Positions 1 to 11,799 of a DNA stretch of 36,722 nt are shown here, piece by piece; the first letter of the stretch is position 1, and each line of letters begins with the position of its first letter. The stretch comes from Octopus sinensis (Eukaryota), in the NCBI RefSeq assembly GCF_006345805.1, contig NW_021836832.1:1-36722 (forward strand). Reading direction: 5' to 3'. The position numbers and the translations under genes are program-made. The notes under the pieces were generated by a model. It made no database searches, had not been told where the DNA came from, and saw only the letters and a program-made list of their open reading frames with translations.

Positions 1-382
1 CTCGAATTCTTTCTCGTGGTTCTTGTCTCTCTCCTTCTTACTCATCTGATGCTAGATTTTGGCATTTGCTTAATTGATGCGGAACGGCGTATATACGTGT
101 TTGGGTATCTGCCTGCTAGATGGTGATGACGTTCAGGTATATGTGTGTGTGTGTATGTGAGAGAGAGAAAAAGAGAAAGAGTAGGTCTATGTATATGTTT
201 ATATGTGATGCCTATAAATAGATACAAATGTATACTTACACACACCTACATTTACACATTCATATGTATATATGTACACACATGCATACATACCTACATA
301 CATACGTATACCCCTAGACAAACACACACACAACGCACAGATATATGCATGCATGCATACATATAAATACGTACATCTATAG

Positions 383-406
383 TATATATATATATATATA
401 ATATAT

Positions 407-446
<40 letters not shown>
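383..446. repeat. (TA)n microsatellite within a CA/TA-rich tract from ~140
   Basis: Directly visible. Confidence 0.95.
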
Positions 447-454
<8 letters not shown>

Positions 455-896
455 CGCCAGTTAAGCTAAGTTGAACTGTCTAAAGTCGAAAGACACCTCT
501 TGTTTTTGTCCTTTTATTATTATTATTGTTTTTTTTGTATTTATATACGTGTGTCCGTTTATCTGTCCTTGTTTCGTATACATTCGATCCCTTTTCCAAG
601 AAATCTAATGCTCGTAGCTTAGTTTTTCCTTGGGGCTGGCCGGATCGGAGCGATCTCAAGATTAATCAGCCGAAATTGCGAGGATGATCCGGTTCTTGAC
701 TGAAGATTAGAGGCTTCGAATGACCCGTCCGTTTTTTTGTGTCGTCTATTTGAATGTTTTGCGTTCTTGTCCCATCTTGTATTTTTATATATATTTTATA
801 TATATATATGCATACAGATAGATAAATATAGATAGATATATTTACACATACACAAATACATATATACACACATGCACGCATGCGTACGTATATATA

Positions 897-1300
897 TATT
901 CCTTTATTGCCCACAGGGGGCTAAACACCACAGAGGAGACAAACAAAGGGATTAACTCGATTACATCGACCCCACTGCGTAAGTGGTACTTATTTAAATG
1001 ACCTCGGAAGTATGTAAGGTAAAGTCGACCTGGTGGAATTTGAACTAAGAACGTAGCGGCAGACGAAATGCCTATTTCTTTACTACCCACAAGGGGCTAA
1101 ACACAGAGAGGACAAACAAGGACAGACAAACGGATTAGTCGATTATATCGACCCCAGTGCGTAACTGGTACTTAATTTATCGACCTCGAAAGGATGAAAG
1201 GCAAAGTCGACCTCGGCGGAATTTGAACTCAGAACGCTGCGGCGGACGAAATATCACAAAGCATTTCGTCCGGCATGCTAACGATTCTGCCAGCTCGCAA
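897..1300 (-). mobile_element. SINE family A (GGCGAGCTGGCAGAA head), dimeric body
   Basis: Head at ~1300, followed by two ~175-bp body units (GAGTTCAAATTCCGCCGAGGTCGACTTTGCCTTTCATCC...TTAGCCCC.TGTGGG..TAAAG). Confidence 0.88.
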
Positions 1301-1688
1301 CTCGTATGCATGCATACATATATAACTACATACACATATACACACACATACACGCACACACATATACATGCACACACGCACACACACACACAAATACTTA
1401 CACACAGAGTTTTTGTATCCACCAGCTGTTGTTGGTTCAGCTGTGTTGGATGTCTCCTTTATTGAGGGATAAGGAATTCACGTGGAATCGAGGCGGCTTC
1501 GATAGAACTGAATGACAAGCCTTCAACTAATGTCAGTATGTGCCAAAATGCAGTGAGGCAAGTATAGTACAGTGGAAACATAAATTTTGCTCTTGGCTCG
1601 CTAAAACAGTTAACTAACGTCGCAAAGGTTACGGGTGGGCAGAACCATTCAAAACCGGTAAGAAAAAGTTAGGACCCGTCCCAACCAT

Positions 1689-2090
1689 GGCGCAAGAGTG
1701 GCTGTGTGGTAAGTAGCTTGTTTACCAACCACATGATTCCGGGTTCAGTCCTACTGCGTGGCACCTTGGGCAAATGCCTTCTACTATAGCCTCGGGCCGA
1801 ACAATGCCTTGTGAGTGGATTTGGTAGACGGAAACTGAAAGAAGCCCGTCGTATATATGTATATGTATATGTGTGAGTGTGTTTGTGTGTCTGTGCTTGT
1901 ACCCCAGCATCGCTTGACAACCGATGCTGGTGTGTTTACGTCCCCGTAACTTAGCGGTTCGGCAAAAGACACCGATAGAATAAGTACTAGGCTTACAAAG
2001 AATAAGTCCCGGGGTCGACTTGCTCGACTAAAGGCGGTGCTCCAGCATGGCCACAGTCAAATGACTGAAACAAGTAAAACAGTAAACAGT
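1689..2090 (+). mobile_element. SINE family B, full length
   Basis: Same head, body and tail as the 12077-12476 copy. TSD AACCATGG at 1683-1690 and 2091-2098. Confidence 0.9.
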
Positions 2091-3006
2091 AACCATGGTA
2101 ATGAGCGATTCAATTGTCTAATTGACTGACCGACTGATTAAATGACTGATTGACGGAGTGATTGATTGATGAACCAATTGATTGACATGATGTATCATTC
2201 ACAAATACACTCTAGCCTTTGGCTCAGGGTGACTTCTATTTCTCAGAGATAGCACTTCTCGCATCATCTCCTCGTGGGTATTCACAACTCTGTCGTTTAC
2301 TCTCCTCTCGTCATCTGTGTTGTGTTCTCTTCTCCTAGAGCTGTACAACTGCTCTCCCACCCTTCATTCACAAAACTTCAGCCCTTTAGAATTATGCCAC
2401 TGCGCATGTCATGCAACGCTAACACCAACGAAGTGGCCTAAGAGATGCTTCTTCCAGTCAAAGCAAATGTGTGTTTGTATGATTGAGCATGTGTGTATGC
2501 CTGTATTTTATACACACACACACAAACACATACACATATATATGTCTATATATATGCATAAGTACACACATAAGCATATATATATACTTAGACTAACATA
2601 ACCTAAATACGCAAACGAACATACAGGGTTGTTTTAACTTAATAGTGTTTCAATTGCGTACACCGGATTTTCTATTCAGTTGGGAGGCTGTTCTCGATAT
2701 CAGTGAATAGTTTTATTCACTGCTTCCTATCTTGGATCAATTTCTTTAGAAATGTGTTTAGCTGTTAGTGCACGTCATTGATAAGGCCCGACTAAGCCGA
2801 ATGCATCTGGCGTTCTGGGTGGTCACTGCTGGGACAATACTTCACCTACTCCCGATACACACACACACACAAGCGATAAAAAAGCCAAGACATAACCAAT
2901 ATGTATGATCTTATGGGCAGAGTAACTCTTCCAAAGTACATATATAAACGGCGGTGCATCAGCATGGGTGCAGCTTTGAGCTGAAACTAGAGAGAAAAAA
3001 TGTAAT

Positions 3007-3054
<48 letters not shown>

Positions 3055-3627
3055 GTGACGTATATATTTGCCATCTCAATATGGCTACCCCTAAGGGTGG
3101 ATGCTACACCAAAAAATATTCCTGTCGATAACCTAATTCCGTTTAGTCTATAGCAGTTGCTTCAGTGGATAGAGATAGCCGGGAGGAATAATGTTAAAGT
3201 CCGTATTTTAATGGTATCAATTATAGTTACTGAAACCATGACAGGGTACATTGACTTTTATAACCCTCGAATGGGTTACAAAATCAAACATCATTTATAT
3301 ACAACCTATAGCATTAGTCGGCTTCGGCAATGTTCATACCTTAGGATACACCTATTGATAATAGCTTTCCGGTACACTCATCTTCCTTTTCCTCCTGTCT
3401 GATCATTACTCGAGTCATAGTATTTCTTTCATAATGAGCACGAAGAAATGTATTCAAGAAATTCTCGTCCAGTTTATACATAACATTTAAATATGCTAAC
3501 GGCCAGTATTTTTCCCACCTGCCTCCTGGCCCTTAGACAAAGAGGCTGCCTATACAACTGCCGTCCAGTATGATACATCGATCTCAGTGTTTACCACACA
3601 GCCACTCCTGCGCCATACATACATACA

Positions 3628-4010
3628 TGGAAGAACTCCGTCGGTTACGACGACGAGGGTTCCGGTTGATCCGAATCAACGGAACAGCCTGCTCGTGAAA
3701 TTAACGTGTAAGTGGCTGAGCACTCCACAGACACGTGTACCCTTAACGTAGTTCTCGGGGATATTCAGCGTGACACAAAGAGTGACAAGACCGGCCCTTT
3801 GAAATACAGGTACAACAGAAACAGGAAGTAAGAGTGAGAGAAAGTTGTGGTGAAAGAATACAGCAGGGATCACCACCATCCCCTGCCGGAGCCTCGTGGA
3901 GCTTTTAGGTGTTTTCGCTCAATAAACACTCACAACGTCCGGTCTGGGAATCGAAACCGCGATCCTATGACCGCGAGTCCGCTGCCCTAACCACTGGGCC
4001 ATTGCGCCTC
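3628..4010 (-). mobile_element. tRNA(Arg-like)-headed SINE family C, full length
   Basis: Head GAGGCGCAATGGCCCAGTGGTTAGGGCAGCGGACTCGCGGTCATAGGATCGCGGTTTCGATTCCC (A and B boxes). Inserted in (CATA)n. Confidence 0.85.
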
Positions 4011-4741
4011 CACACATACATACACATACATACATAATAATAATAATATTTGATCGGGTTCTCTTCGCTCTGAGCTGCCTAAAAACCTCTCTCACCGGGC
4101 ATCGGAAAGTCGCCTCGCCGGCGATCGCGCAACCTGCAAGTTTTAGGCTCATAGAGAAAGAGGGCAGTCGCCAGCATAGCTCATCAGTAAATCTGAATAT
4201 AAGCAGCTGCTTATACGTACAATATATGTATATGGGTATACATATGTACATATAACACACAAACAAACACATACATATATATATATATATATATAGGGAG
4301 AATTCACTAAAAAACAAAAGACGAAGACAGGTGGTGTAGACAACAAACACATGTATTAGTATAACGCTCTATTTATTTTTCTGGTTTTTTTTTATGAAAA
4401 TGTTGAGAGCTACAGAAAGTGATTCTTCTCCACCAGTTTTCATTAATCATCTTTCTTCCAAGTTATTTCCCATTCAAATAACTGCACAAAAGAGTTTCAT
4501 TGTGATTTTATATTTTAAGGGAGAGCCTTTGCATAGAGCTCTCTCTGCGTGGCTCCTTTAACAATATGGTCTCAGGGCTGTACTGAATATTTACATGTTA
4601 GGTACCTTGCCAGGATATACAGTTTGTGGTTGCTGAAGTTCTCTGCGATAGCAAATTCTTTATTGTACCTTTCGTAGTTCACATTTGATGGCAATTGTTT
4701 AATGTATGAATGTTTCTTGTCATTAGTTCTCACGACTTTAG

Positions 4742-5158
4742 AGGCGAGCTGGCAGAAACGTTAGCACGCCGGGCGAAATGCTAAGCGGTATTTCGTCTGC
4801 CGCTACATTCTGAGTTCAAATTCCGCCGAGGTCGACTTTGCCTTTCATCCTTTCGGGGTCGATAAATTAGGTACCAATTACGCACTGGGGTCGATATAAT
4901 CGACTTAATCCGTTTGTCTGCCCTTGTTTGTCCTCTCTGTGTTTAGCCCCTTATGGGTAGTAAAGAAATAGAAATAGGTATTTCGTCTGCCGCTACGTTC
5001 TTAGTTCAAATTCCGCCGAGGTGACTTTGCCTGTCATCCTTTCGGCGTCGATTAAATAAGTACCAGTTACGCACTGGGGTCGATGTAATCGACTTAATCC
5101 CTTTGTCTGTCCTTGTTTGTCCCTTTATTTTTAGCCCCTTGTGGGCAATAAAGAAATA
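4742..5158 (+). mobile_element. SINE family A, dimeric body
   Basis: Head plus two tandem body units. Confidence 0.9.
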
Positions 5159-6239
5159 TGATAGTTAGCTTAAAGTCACAGTTGATTGTTTGTGAATTCA
5201 TCGTTCACATAGTATGCAATGGTAGTCTGTATCCAATTGTAAGATATTTTCCCCGAGTCTCTAGATGTATGTTTAAAGCGATTTAGTTCCTTTTTGCTTG
5301 CTGTGTGTTATCATTTCGATCAGTCTCTGTAACTCACATCAGTTGGCGAATGGCAACCGCAACGCAACCCAATACAGCAGAGCATTCGATATCTCTAAAA
5401 CTTTAATTTGTGCTAAGTGTTCTTTCAGCAAGTCAATCGATCAAGCTCCTGCATCAAGCCAGTGAGTTTCCTATTAACTCGTGCTAAAATCGCACTTTCA
5501 TTTTAGAAACATGTGATTGTAAATAGTAAACCTATTGACAATGCCCTTAAAAATCTCGGTGCGAGCCTCGTACTGAACCGTTTCTATCCACACATTTCTA
5601 TTTGTTCACAGGCGGCTGCAACATGTCATTGTAATGGCGCCAGTTACACCACTATTATATCGTTATCGGTTTTTGTTTTGGTCGCGGTTCATGTTTTTAG
5701 CCTATTTTCTCCAGGGAAGAATCTATTGGAATGTTGATACCATTTCTAACTGCGCATTATTTTTTTTTTTTGGATATCTAATTTTACTAGATAAAGCAAT
5801 ATATTTCTTCTCAACGAACGCTGCTTGTTCGTCGCAGTATGGTGGCAGCTGAGATACTTTAATATCCAAATACCTTCCTATCCTTTTCATATTACCATCC
5901 GAGGGATCTTCTTTTTTTTTTATCCTTTCATAGTTTCGCGATTTCTAATTCGTGGCTCAGTTGTCTAGTCACATGATGATGTAAATTTGTTGGAATCCGC
6001 GTATATTTACCTGTTTCATTTTACCGCTTGTTTACTCCTACAAGCATCTCTAAAAGGGCCTTTTTTGCGTTTATCCAAAAGAGATAACCATTTTCCAAAT
6101 CCGGGCTTCTAATCAATGGCGAATGTTTAGAAGGATACAACACTTTATATGAAAGGATGATTAGTCCCCAAGGCAGACGTTATTGACGTCCACACCATGT
6201 ATATTCATATATAATCAATCAGTCATCCATTTTTTTTTT

Positions 6240-6240
<1 letters not shown>

Positions 6241-6304
<64 letters not shown>

Positions 6305-6355
6305 GTATCAGTCTGCCAATGTGTCTGTTTATTTTTTCTGTATATACATTTATAG

Positions 6356-6421
<66 letters not shown>

Positions 6422-6510
6422 ATGTATATACACACATATATGCATGCATATATATATATATATGTATGTATGTATATGTATATATATATATACATATATA
6501 CATACACACA
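6241..6510. repeat. Compound (TATC)n/(TA)n/(TG)n microsatellite
   Basis: Directly visible. Confidence 0.95.
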
Positions 6511-6858
6511 TATTTATATGAGTATGTGTGTGAAAACACGTATAAGCCTTTATATAACAATCCAGATGTGTGTGTGTGTGTGTGTGAGTGTGCGTGAGGT
6601 GTATACATATGTATCTGTTTTAGAACAGAGTCTCGAAGATCATAGGGCTATAAATAATAGCATGTAAGTATTTGTCAGAAAGTCCTTTTTGGACAGGAAA
6701 AAGTCGAAGGCTTCAAGTATGCTTTTATTTCTAGCTGTGTGTACTTGTGATCGACTGTTTAAAAAAAAAAATAAAAAATAGTATTTATCTCAGGTTCTCT
6801 CGAAAGTTTTTGATATCGTTATGGTGTCAATAAAGTGTGTATGTATATAGGTATATAT

Positions 6859-7048
6859 ATCCACAACACCATCTCTTCGGTTATCTAGCCAGATAACCGA
6901 AGAGATGGTGTTGTGGATTTCCACTTCGGCATCTGAAACTCAGAGTTTTATCTTGACTACCGAGAAAAGTAACAGATTATTGTATAGATAAATTTCCTCT
7001 ATTTACTAATATTGAGGTCTCTTTCTTTCTTTCGTTATCTTACCGTTT
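6859..7048 (+). mobile_element. Penelope-like terminal-repeat fragment with a 28-bp perfect fold-back and a variant hammerhead fold, inserted in TA-rich microsatellite
   Basis: 6859-6886 is the exact reverse complement of 6891-6918 (4-nt loop AGCC). 6891-6953 folds as AGAUAA-CCGAAGA-GAUG..CAUC-u-GAAAC-UCAGA-GUU-UUAUCU. Family assignment is inferred from the HHR architecture. Confidence 0.55.
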
Positions 7049-7054
7049 TTATAT

Positions 7055-7114
<60 letters not shown>
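7049..7114. repeat. (TA)n tract between the fold-back element and the 560-bp array
   Basis: Directly visible. Confidence 0.97.
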
Positions 7115-7117
<3 letters not shown>

Positions 7118-10100
7118 ATCAAAAAAGGGGGTAGAATTAATTAATTGTTAATAAATTCGACCAAGCAGTATTCGGTATGTAAAGACCATTTACGGTGTAT
7201 TGAAGTATTAATTTATAAAAATATGGTAAAGTAAAAAAATTCACTTTACCACACACCGAACTTTTCAGAAATAGCAGCCAAAAATATGGCTATTTCTTCA
7301 ACTGCAAATAAAAGTCTCCAGACAATGCATACTCAGAAAATAACTCACATAGGTATAAGGGAAAAACAATGAAAGATCACATCCATATACGATACCCGAG
7401 GACAGTCTTTTTCTGATTTGTGGGTAAAACGCCACTTTTCCTTCATCAGCTCAGAGATTTCTTCTTATTTAGATTTGAAAATACTAAGAATCAAACATAC
7501 CCGTCCGATATCTGTAACATCGGACAAACCATGCCAGACACCCAGTACTAGCGAATCCAAAAATACGAATGAGATCTATTATTCTCCCTGTCCACCCACG
7601 TGAGTCATAGAGCATTACATTTCTACAGAGGTAAAAACTGTAGTTCAAATTCTTGGAGAGAAAAGTATTATATTGTCATCAAAAAAGGGGGTAGAATTAA
7701 TTAATTGTTAATAAATTCGACCAAGCAGTATTCGGTATGTAAAGACCATTTACGTGTATTTGAAGTATTAATTTATAAAAATATGGTAAAGTAAAAAAAT
7801 TCACTTTACCACACACCGAACTTTTCAGAAATAGCAGCCAAAAATATGGCTATTTCTTCAACTGCAAATAAAAGTCTCCAGACAATGCATACAGAAAATA
7901 ACTCACATAGGTATAAGGGGAAAACAATGAAAGATCACATCCATATACGATACCCGAGGACAGTCTGTTTCTGGATTTGTGGGTAAAACGCCACTTTTCC
8001 TTCATCAGCTCAGAGATTTCTTCTTATTTAGATTTGAAAATACTAAGAATCAAACATACCCGTCCGATATCTGTAACATCGGACAAACCATGCCAGACAC
8101 CCAGTACTAGCGAATCCAAAAATACGAATGAGATCTATTATTCTCCCTGTCCACCCACGTGAGTCATAGAGCATTACATTTCTACAGAGGTAAAAACTGT
8201 AGTTCAAATTCTTGGAGAGAAAAGTATTATATTGTCATCAAAAAAAGGGGGTAGAATTAATTAATTGTTAATAAATTCGACCAAGCAGTATTCGGTATGT
8301 AAAGACCATTTACGGTGTATTTGAAGTATTAATTTATAAAAATATGGTAAAGTAAAAAAATTCACTTTACCACACACCGAACTTTTCAGAAATAGCAGCC
8401 AAAAATATGGCTATTTCTTCAACTGCAAATAAAAGTCTCCAGACAATGCATACTCAGAAAATAACTCACATAGGTATAAGGGAAAAACAATGAAAGATCA
8501 CATCCATATACGATACCCGAGGACAGTCTGTTTCTGGATTTGTGGGTAAAACGCCACTTTTCCTTCATCAGCTCAGAGATTTCTTCTTATTTAGATTTGA
8601 AAATACTAAGAATCAAACATACCCGTCCGATATCTGTAACATCGGACAAACCATGCCAGACACCCAGTACTAGCGAATCCAAAAATACGAATGAGATCTA
8701 TTATTCTCCCTGTCCACCCACGTGAGTCATAGAGCATTACATTTCTACAGAGGTAAAAACTGTAGTTCAATTCTTGGAGAGAAAAGTATTATATTGTCAT
8801 CAAAAAAGGGGGTAGAATTAATTAATTGTTAATAAATTCGACCAAGCAGTATTCGGTATGTAAAGACCATTTACGGTGTATTTGAAGTATTAATTTATAA
8901 AAATATGGTAAAGTAAAAAAATTCACTTTACCACACACCGAACTTTTCAGAAATAGCAGCCAAAAATATGGCTATTTCTTCAACTGCAAATAAAAGTCTC
9001 CAGACAATGCATACTCAGAAAATAACTCACATAGGTATAAGGGAAAAACAATGAAAGATCACATCCATATACGATACCCGAGGACAGTCTGTTTCTGGAT
9101 TTGTGGGTAAAACGCCACTTTTCTTCATCAGCTCAGATTTCTTCTTATTTAGATTTGAAAATACTAAGAATCAAACATACCCGTCCGATATCTGTAACAT
9201 CGGACAAACCATGCCAGACACCCAGTACTAGCGAATCCAAAAATACGAATGAGATCTATTATTCTCCCTGTCCACCCACGTGAGTCATAGAGCATTACAT
9301 TTCTACAGAGGTAAAAACTGTAGTTCAAATTCTTGGAGAGAAAAGTATTATATTGTCATCAAAAAAGGGGGTAGAATTAATTAATTGTTAATAAATTCGA
9401 CCAAGCAGTATTCGGTATGTAAAGACCATTTACGGTGTATTTGAAGTATTAATTTATAAAAATATGGTAAAGTAAAAAATTCACTTTACCACACACCGAA
9501 CTTTTCAGAAATAGCAGCCAAAAATATGGCTATTTCTTCAACTGCAAATAAAAGTCTCCAGACAATGCATACTCAGAAAATAACTCACATAGGTATAAGG
9601 GAAAAACAATGAAAGATCACATCCATATACGATACCCGAGGACAGTCTGTTTCTGGATTTGTGGGTAAAACGCCACTTTTCCTTCATCAGCTCAGAGATT
9701 TCTTCTTATTTAGATTTGAAAATACTAAGAATCAAACATACCCGTCCGATATCTGTAACATCGGACAAACCATGCCAGACACCCAGTACTAGCGAATCAA
9801 AAATACGAATGAGATCTATTATTCTCCCTGTCCACCCACGTGAGTCATAGAGCATTACATTTCTACAGAGTAAAAACTGTAGTTCAAATTCTTGGAGAGA
9901 AAAGTATTATATTGTCATCAAAAAAGGGGGTAGAATTAATTAATTGTTAATAAATTCGACCAAGCAGTATTCGGTATGTAAAGACCATTTACGGTGTTTT
10001 GAAGTATTAATTTATAAAAATATGGTAAAGTAAAAAAATTCACTTTACCACACACCGAACTTTTCAGAAATAGCAGCCAAAAATATGGCTATTTCTTCTT

Positions 10101-11543
10101 CAACTGCAAATAAAAGTCTCCAGACAATGCATACTCAGAAAATAACTCACATAGGTATAAGGGAAAAACAATGAAAGATCACATCCATATACGATACCCG
10201 AGGACAGTCTGTTTCTGGATTTGTGGGTAAAACGCCACTTTTCCTTCATCAGCTCAGAGATTTCTTCTTATTTAGATTTGAAAATACTAAGAATCAAACA
10301 TACCCGTCCGATATCTGTAACATCGGACAAACCATGCCAGACACCCAGTACTAGCGAATCCAAAAATACGAATGAGATCTATTATTCTCCCTGTCCACCC
10401 ACGTGAGTCATAGAGCATTACATTTCTACAGAGGTAAAAACTGTAGTTCAAATTCTTGGAGAGAAAAGTATTATATTGTCATCAAAAAAAGGGGTAGAAT
10501 TAATTAATTGTTAATAAATTCGACCAAGCAGTATTCGGTATGTAAAGACCATTTACGGTGTATTTGAAGTATTAATTTATAAAAATATGGTAAAGTAAAA
10601 AAATTCACTTTACCACACACCGAACTTTTCAGAAATAGCAGCCAAAAATATGGCTATTTCTTCAACTGCAAATAAAAGTCTCCAGACAATGCATACTCAG
10701 AAAATAACTCACATAGGTATAAGGGAAAAACAATGAAAGATCACATCCATATACGATACCCGAGGACAGTCTGTTTCTGGATTTGTGGGTAAAACGCCAC
10801 TTTTCCTTCATCAGCTCAGAGATTTCTTCTTATTTAGATTTGAAAATACTAAGAATCAAACATACCCGTCCGATATCTGTAACATCGGACAAACCATGCC
10901 AGACACCCAGTACTAGCGAATCCAAAAATACGAATGAGATCTATTATTCTCCCTGTCCACCCACGTGAGTCATAGAGCATTACATTTCTACAGAGGTAAA
11001 AACTGTAGTTCAAATTCTTGGAGAGAAAAGTATTATATTGTCATCAAAAAAGGGGGTAGAATTAATTAATGTTAATAAATTCGACCAAGCAGTATTCGGT
11101 ATGTAAAGACCATTTACGGTGTATTTGAAGTATTAATTTATAAAAATATGGTAAAGTAAAAAAATTTCACTTTACCACACCGAACTTTTCAGAAATAGCA
11201 GCCAAAAATATGGCTATTTCTTCAACTGCAAATAAAAGTCTCCAGACAATGCATACTCAGAAAATAACTCACATAGGTATAAGGGAAAAACAATGAAAGA
11301 TCACATCCATATACGATACCCGAGGACAGTCTGTTTCTGGATTTGTGGGTAAAACGCCACTTTTCCTTCATCAGCTCAGAGATTTCTTCTTATTTAGATT
11401 TGAAAATACTAAGAATCAAACTACCGTCCGATATCTGTAACATCGGACAAACCATGCCAGACACCCAGTACTAGCGATCCAAAAATACGAATGAGATCTA
11501 TTATTCTCCCTGTCCACCCACGTGAGTCATAGAGCATTACATT
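7115..11543 (-). repeat. Tandem array of ~7.9 copies of a ~560-bp unit, each containing a hammerhead-like motif (retrozyme/Penelope pLTR-like)
   Basis: Unit start GTCATCAAAAAAGGGGGTAG recurs at 7115, 7675, 8234, 8796, 9355, 9914, 10478 and 11040 (spacing 559-564). The last unit stops at ...GAGCATTACATTT (11543). Copies differ mostly by 1-nt indels. Flanked by (TA)n on the left and a TA-rich microsatellite on the right. Confidence 0.97.
7953..8014 (-). ncRNA. Minimal type I hammerhead ribozyme fold (representative copy; others at 7395-7455 mutated, 8516-8577, 9077-9137, 9635-9696, 10197-10258, 10759-10820, 11319-11380)
   Basis: Minus strand reads UCUGAG-CUGAUGA-aGGAaaaGUGG..CCACaaaUCCa-GAAAC-AGACU-GUC-CUCGGG. 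This gives stem I (6 bp, 2 G.U), an exact CUGANGA and GAAA core, quasi-palindromic stem III ACAG-A-CUGU and a GUC cleavage triplet. The base of stem II is an A.A mismatch. Confidence 0.75.
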
Positions 11544-11659
11544 TAGATGTATATGTCTAGCTGTATATGTATACATGTATATGTATACATGTATAAGTAT
11601 ACATGTATGTCTCGATGTGTAATATATAGATGTACATATACATATATATATGTATATGT

Positions 11660-11746
11660 ATACGACGGGCTTCCTTCAGTTTCCGTCCACCAAATCCACT
11701 CACAAGGCTTTGGTCGACCCGAGGCTATAGTAGAAGACACCCAAGG
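11660..11746 (-). mobile_element. SINE family B internal fragment (other degenerate pieces at ~3593-3614, ~15000-15135, ~33220-33320, ~35470-35600)
   Basis: Matches the TTCAGTTTCCGTC..CAAATCCACTCACAAGGC..GAGGCTATAG..GAAGACAC body. Confidence 0.7.
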
Positions 11747-11799
11747 AGCCTTTATATATATAGATAGATAAACTTTCTTGGAAATGGATGTGTGGCGTT

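Noticed and set aside
145-366. YI/CV/HT-repeat ORFs here and throughout the ORF track
   Set aside because: Translations of (TA)n, (TG)n, (CA)n and (TATC)n microsatellites.
447-780. Possible Penelope-like terminal-repeat fragment containing CTGAAGA (~699)
   Set aside because: No GAAA or closable stems follow, so the family assignment cannot be supported from sequence alone.
3935-4010. tRNA gene
   Set aside because: A and B boxes are present, but the acceptor stem does not close and the sequence continues into a SINE body. The same applies to the other SINE heads.
4430-4740. Minus-strand open stretch KVVRTNDKKHSYIKQLP... as a LINE remnant
   Set aside because: It has internal stops and no motif I can assign to a clade.
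7418-10968. Repeated 60-63 aa ORF (MWVKRHFSF...) in the array units
   Set aside because: Starts at a TTG, is on the strand opposite the ribozyme motif, is altered by indels in several units and has no recognisable domain. It is a by-product of the repeat.
7115-11543. CRISPR-like or satellite-with-spacer interpretation
   Set aside because: Units are near-identical along their whole length with no variable spacers, and the context is eukaryotic.
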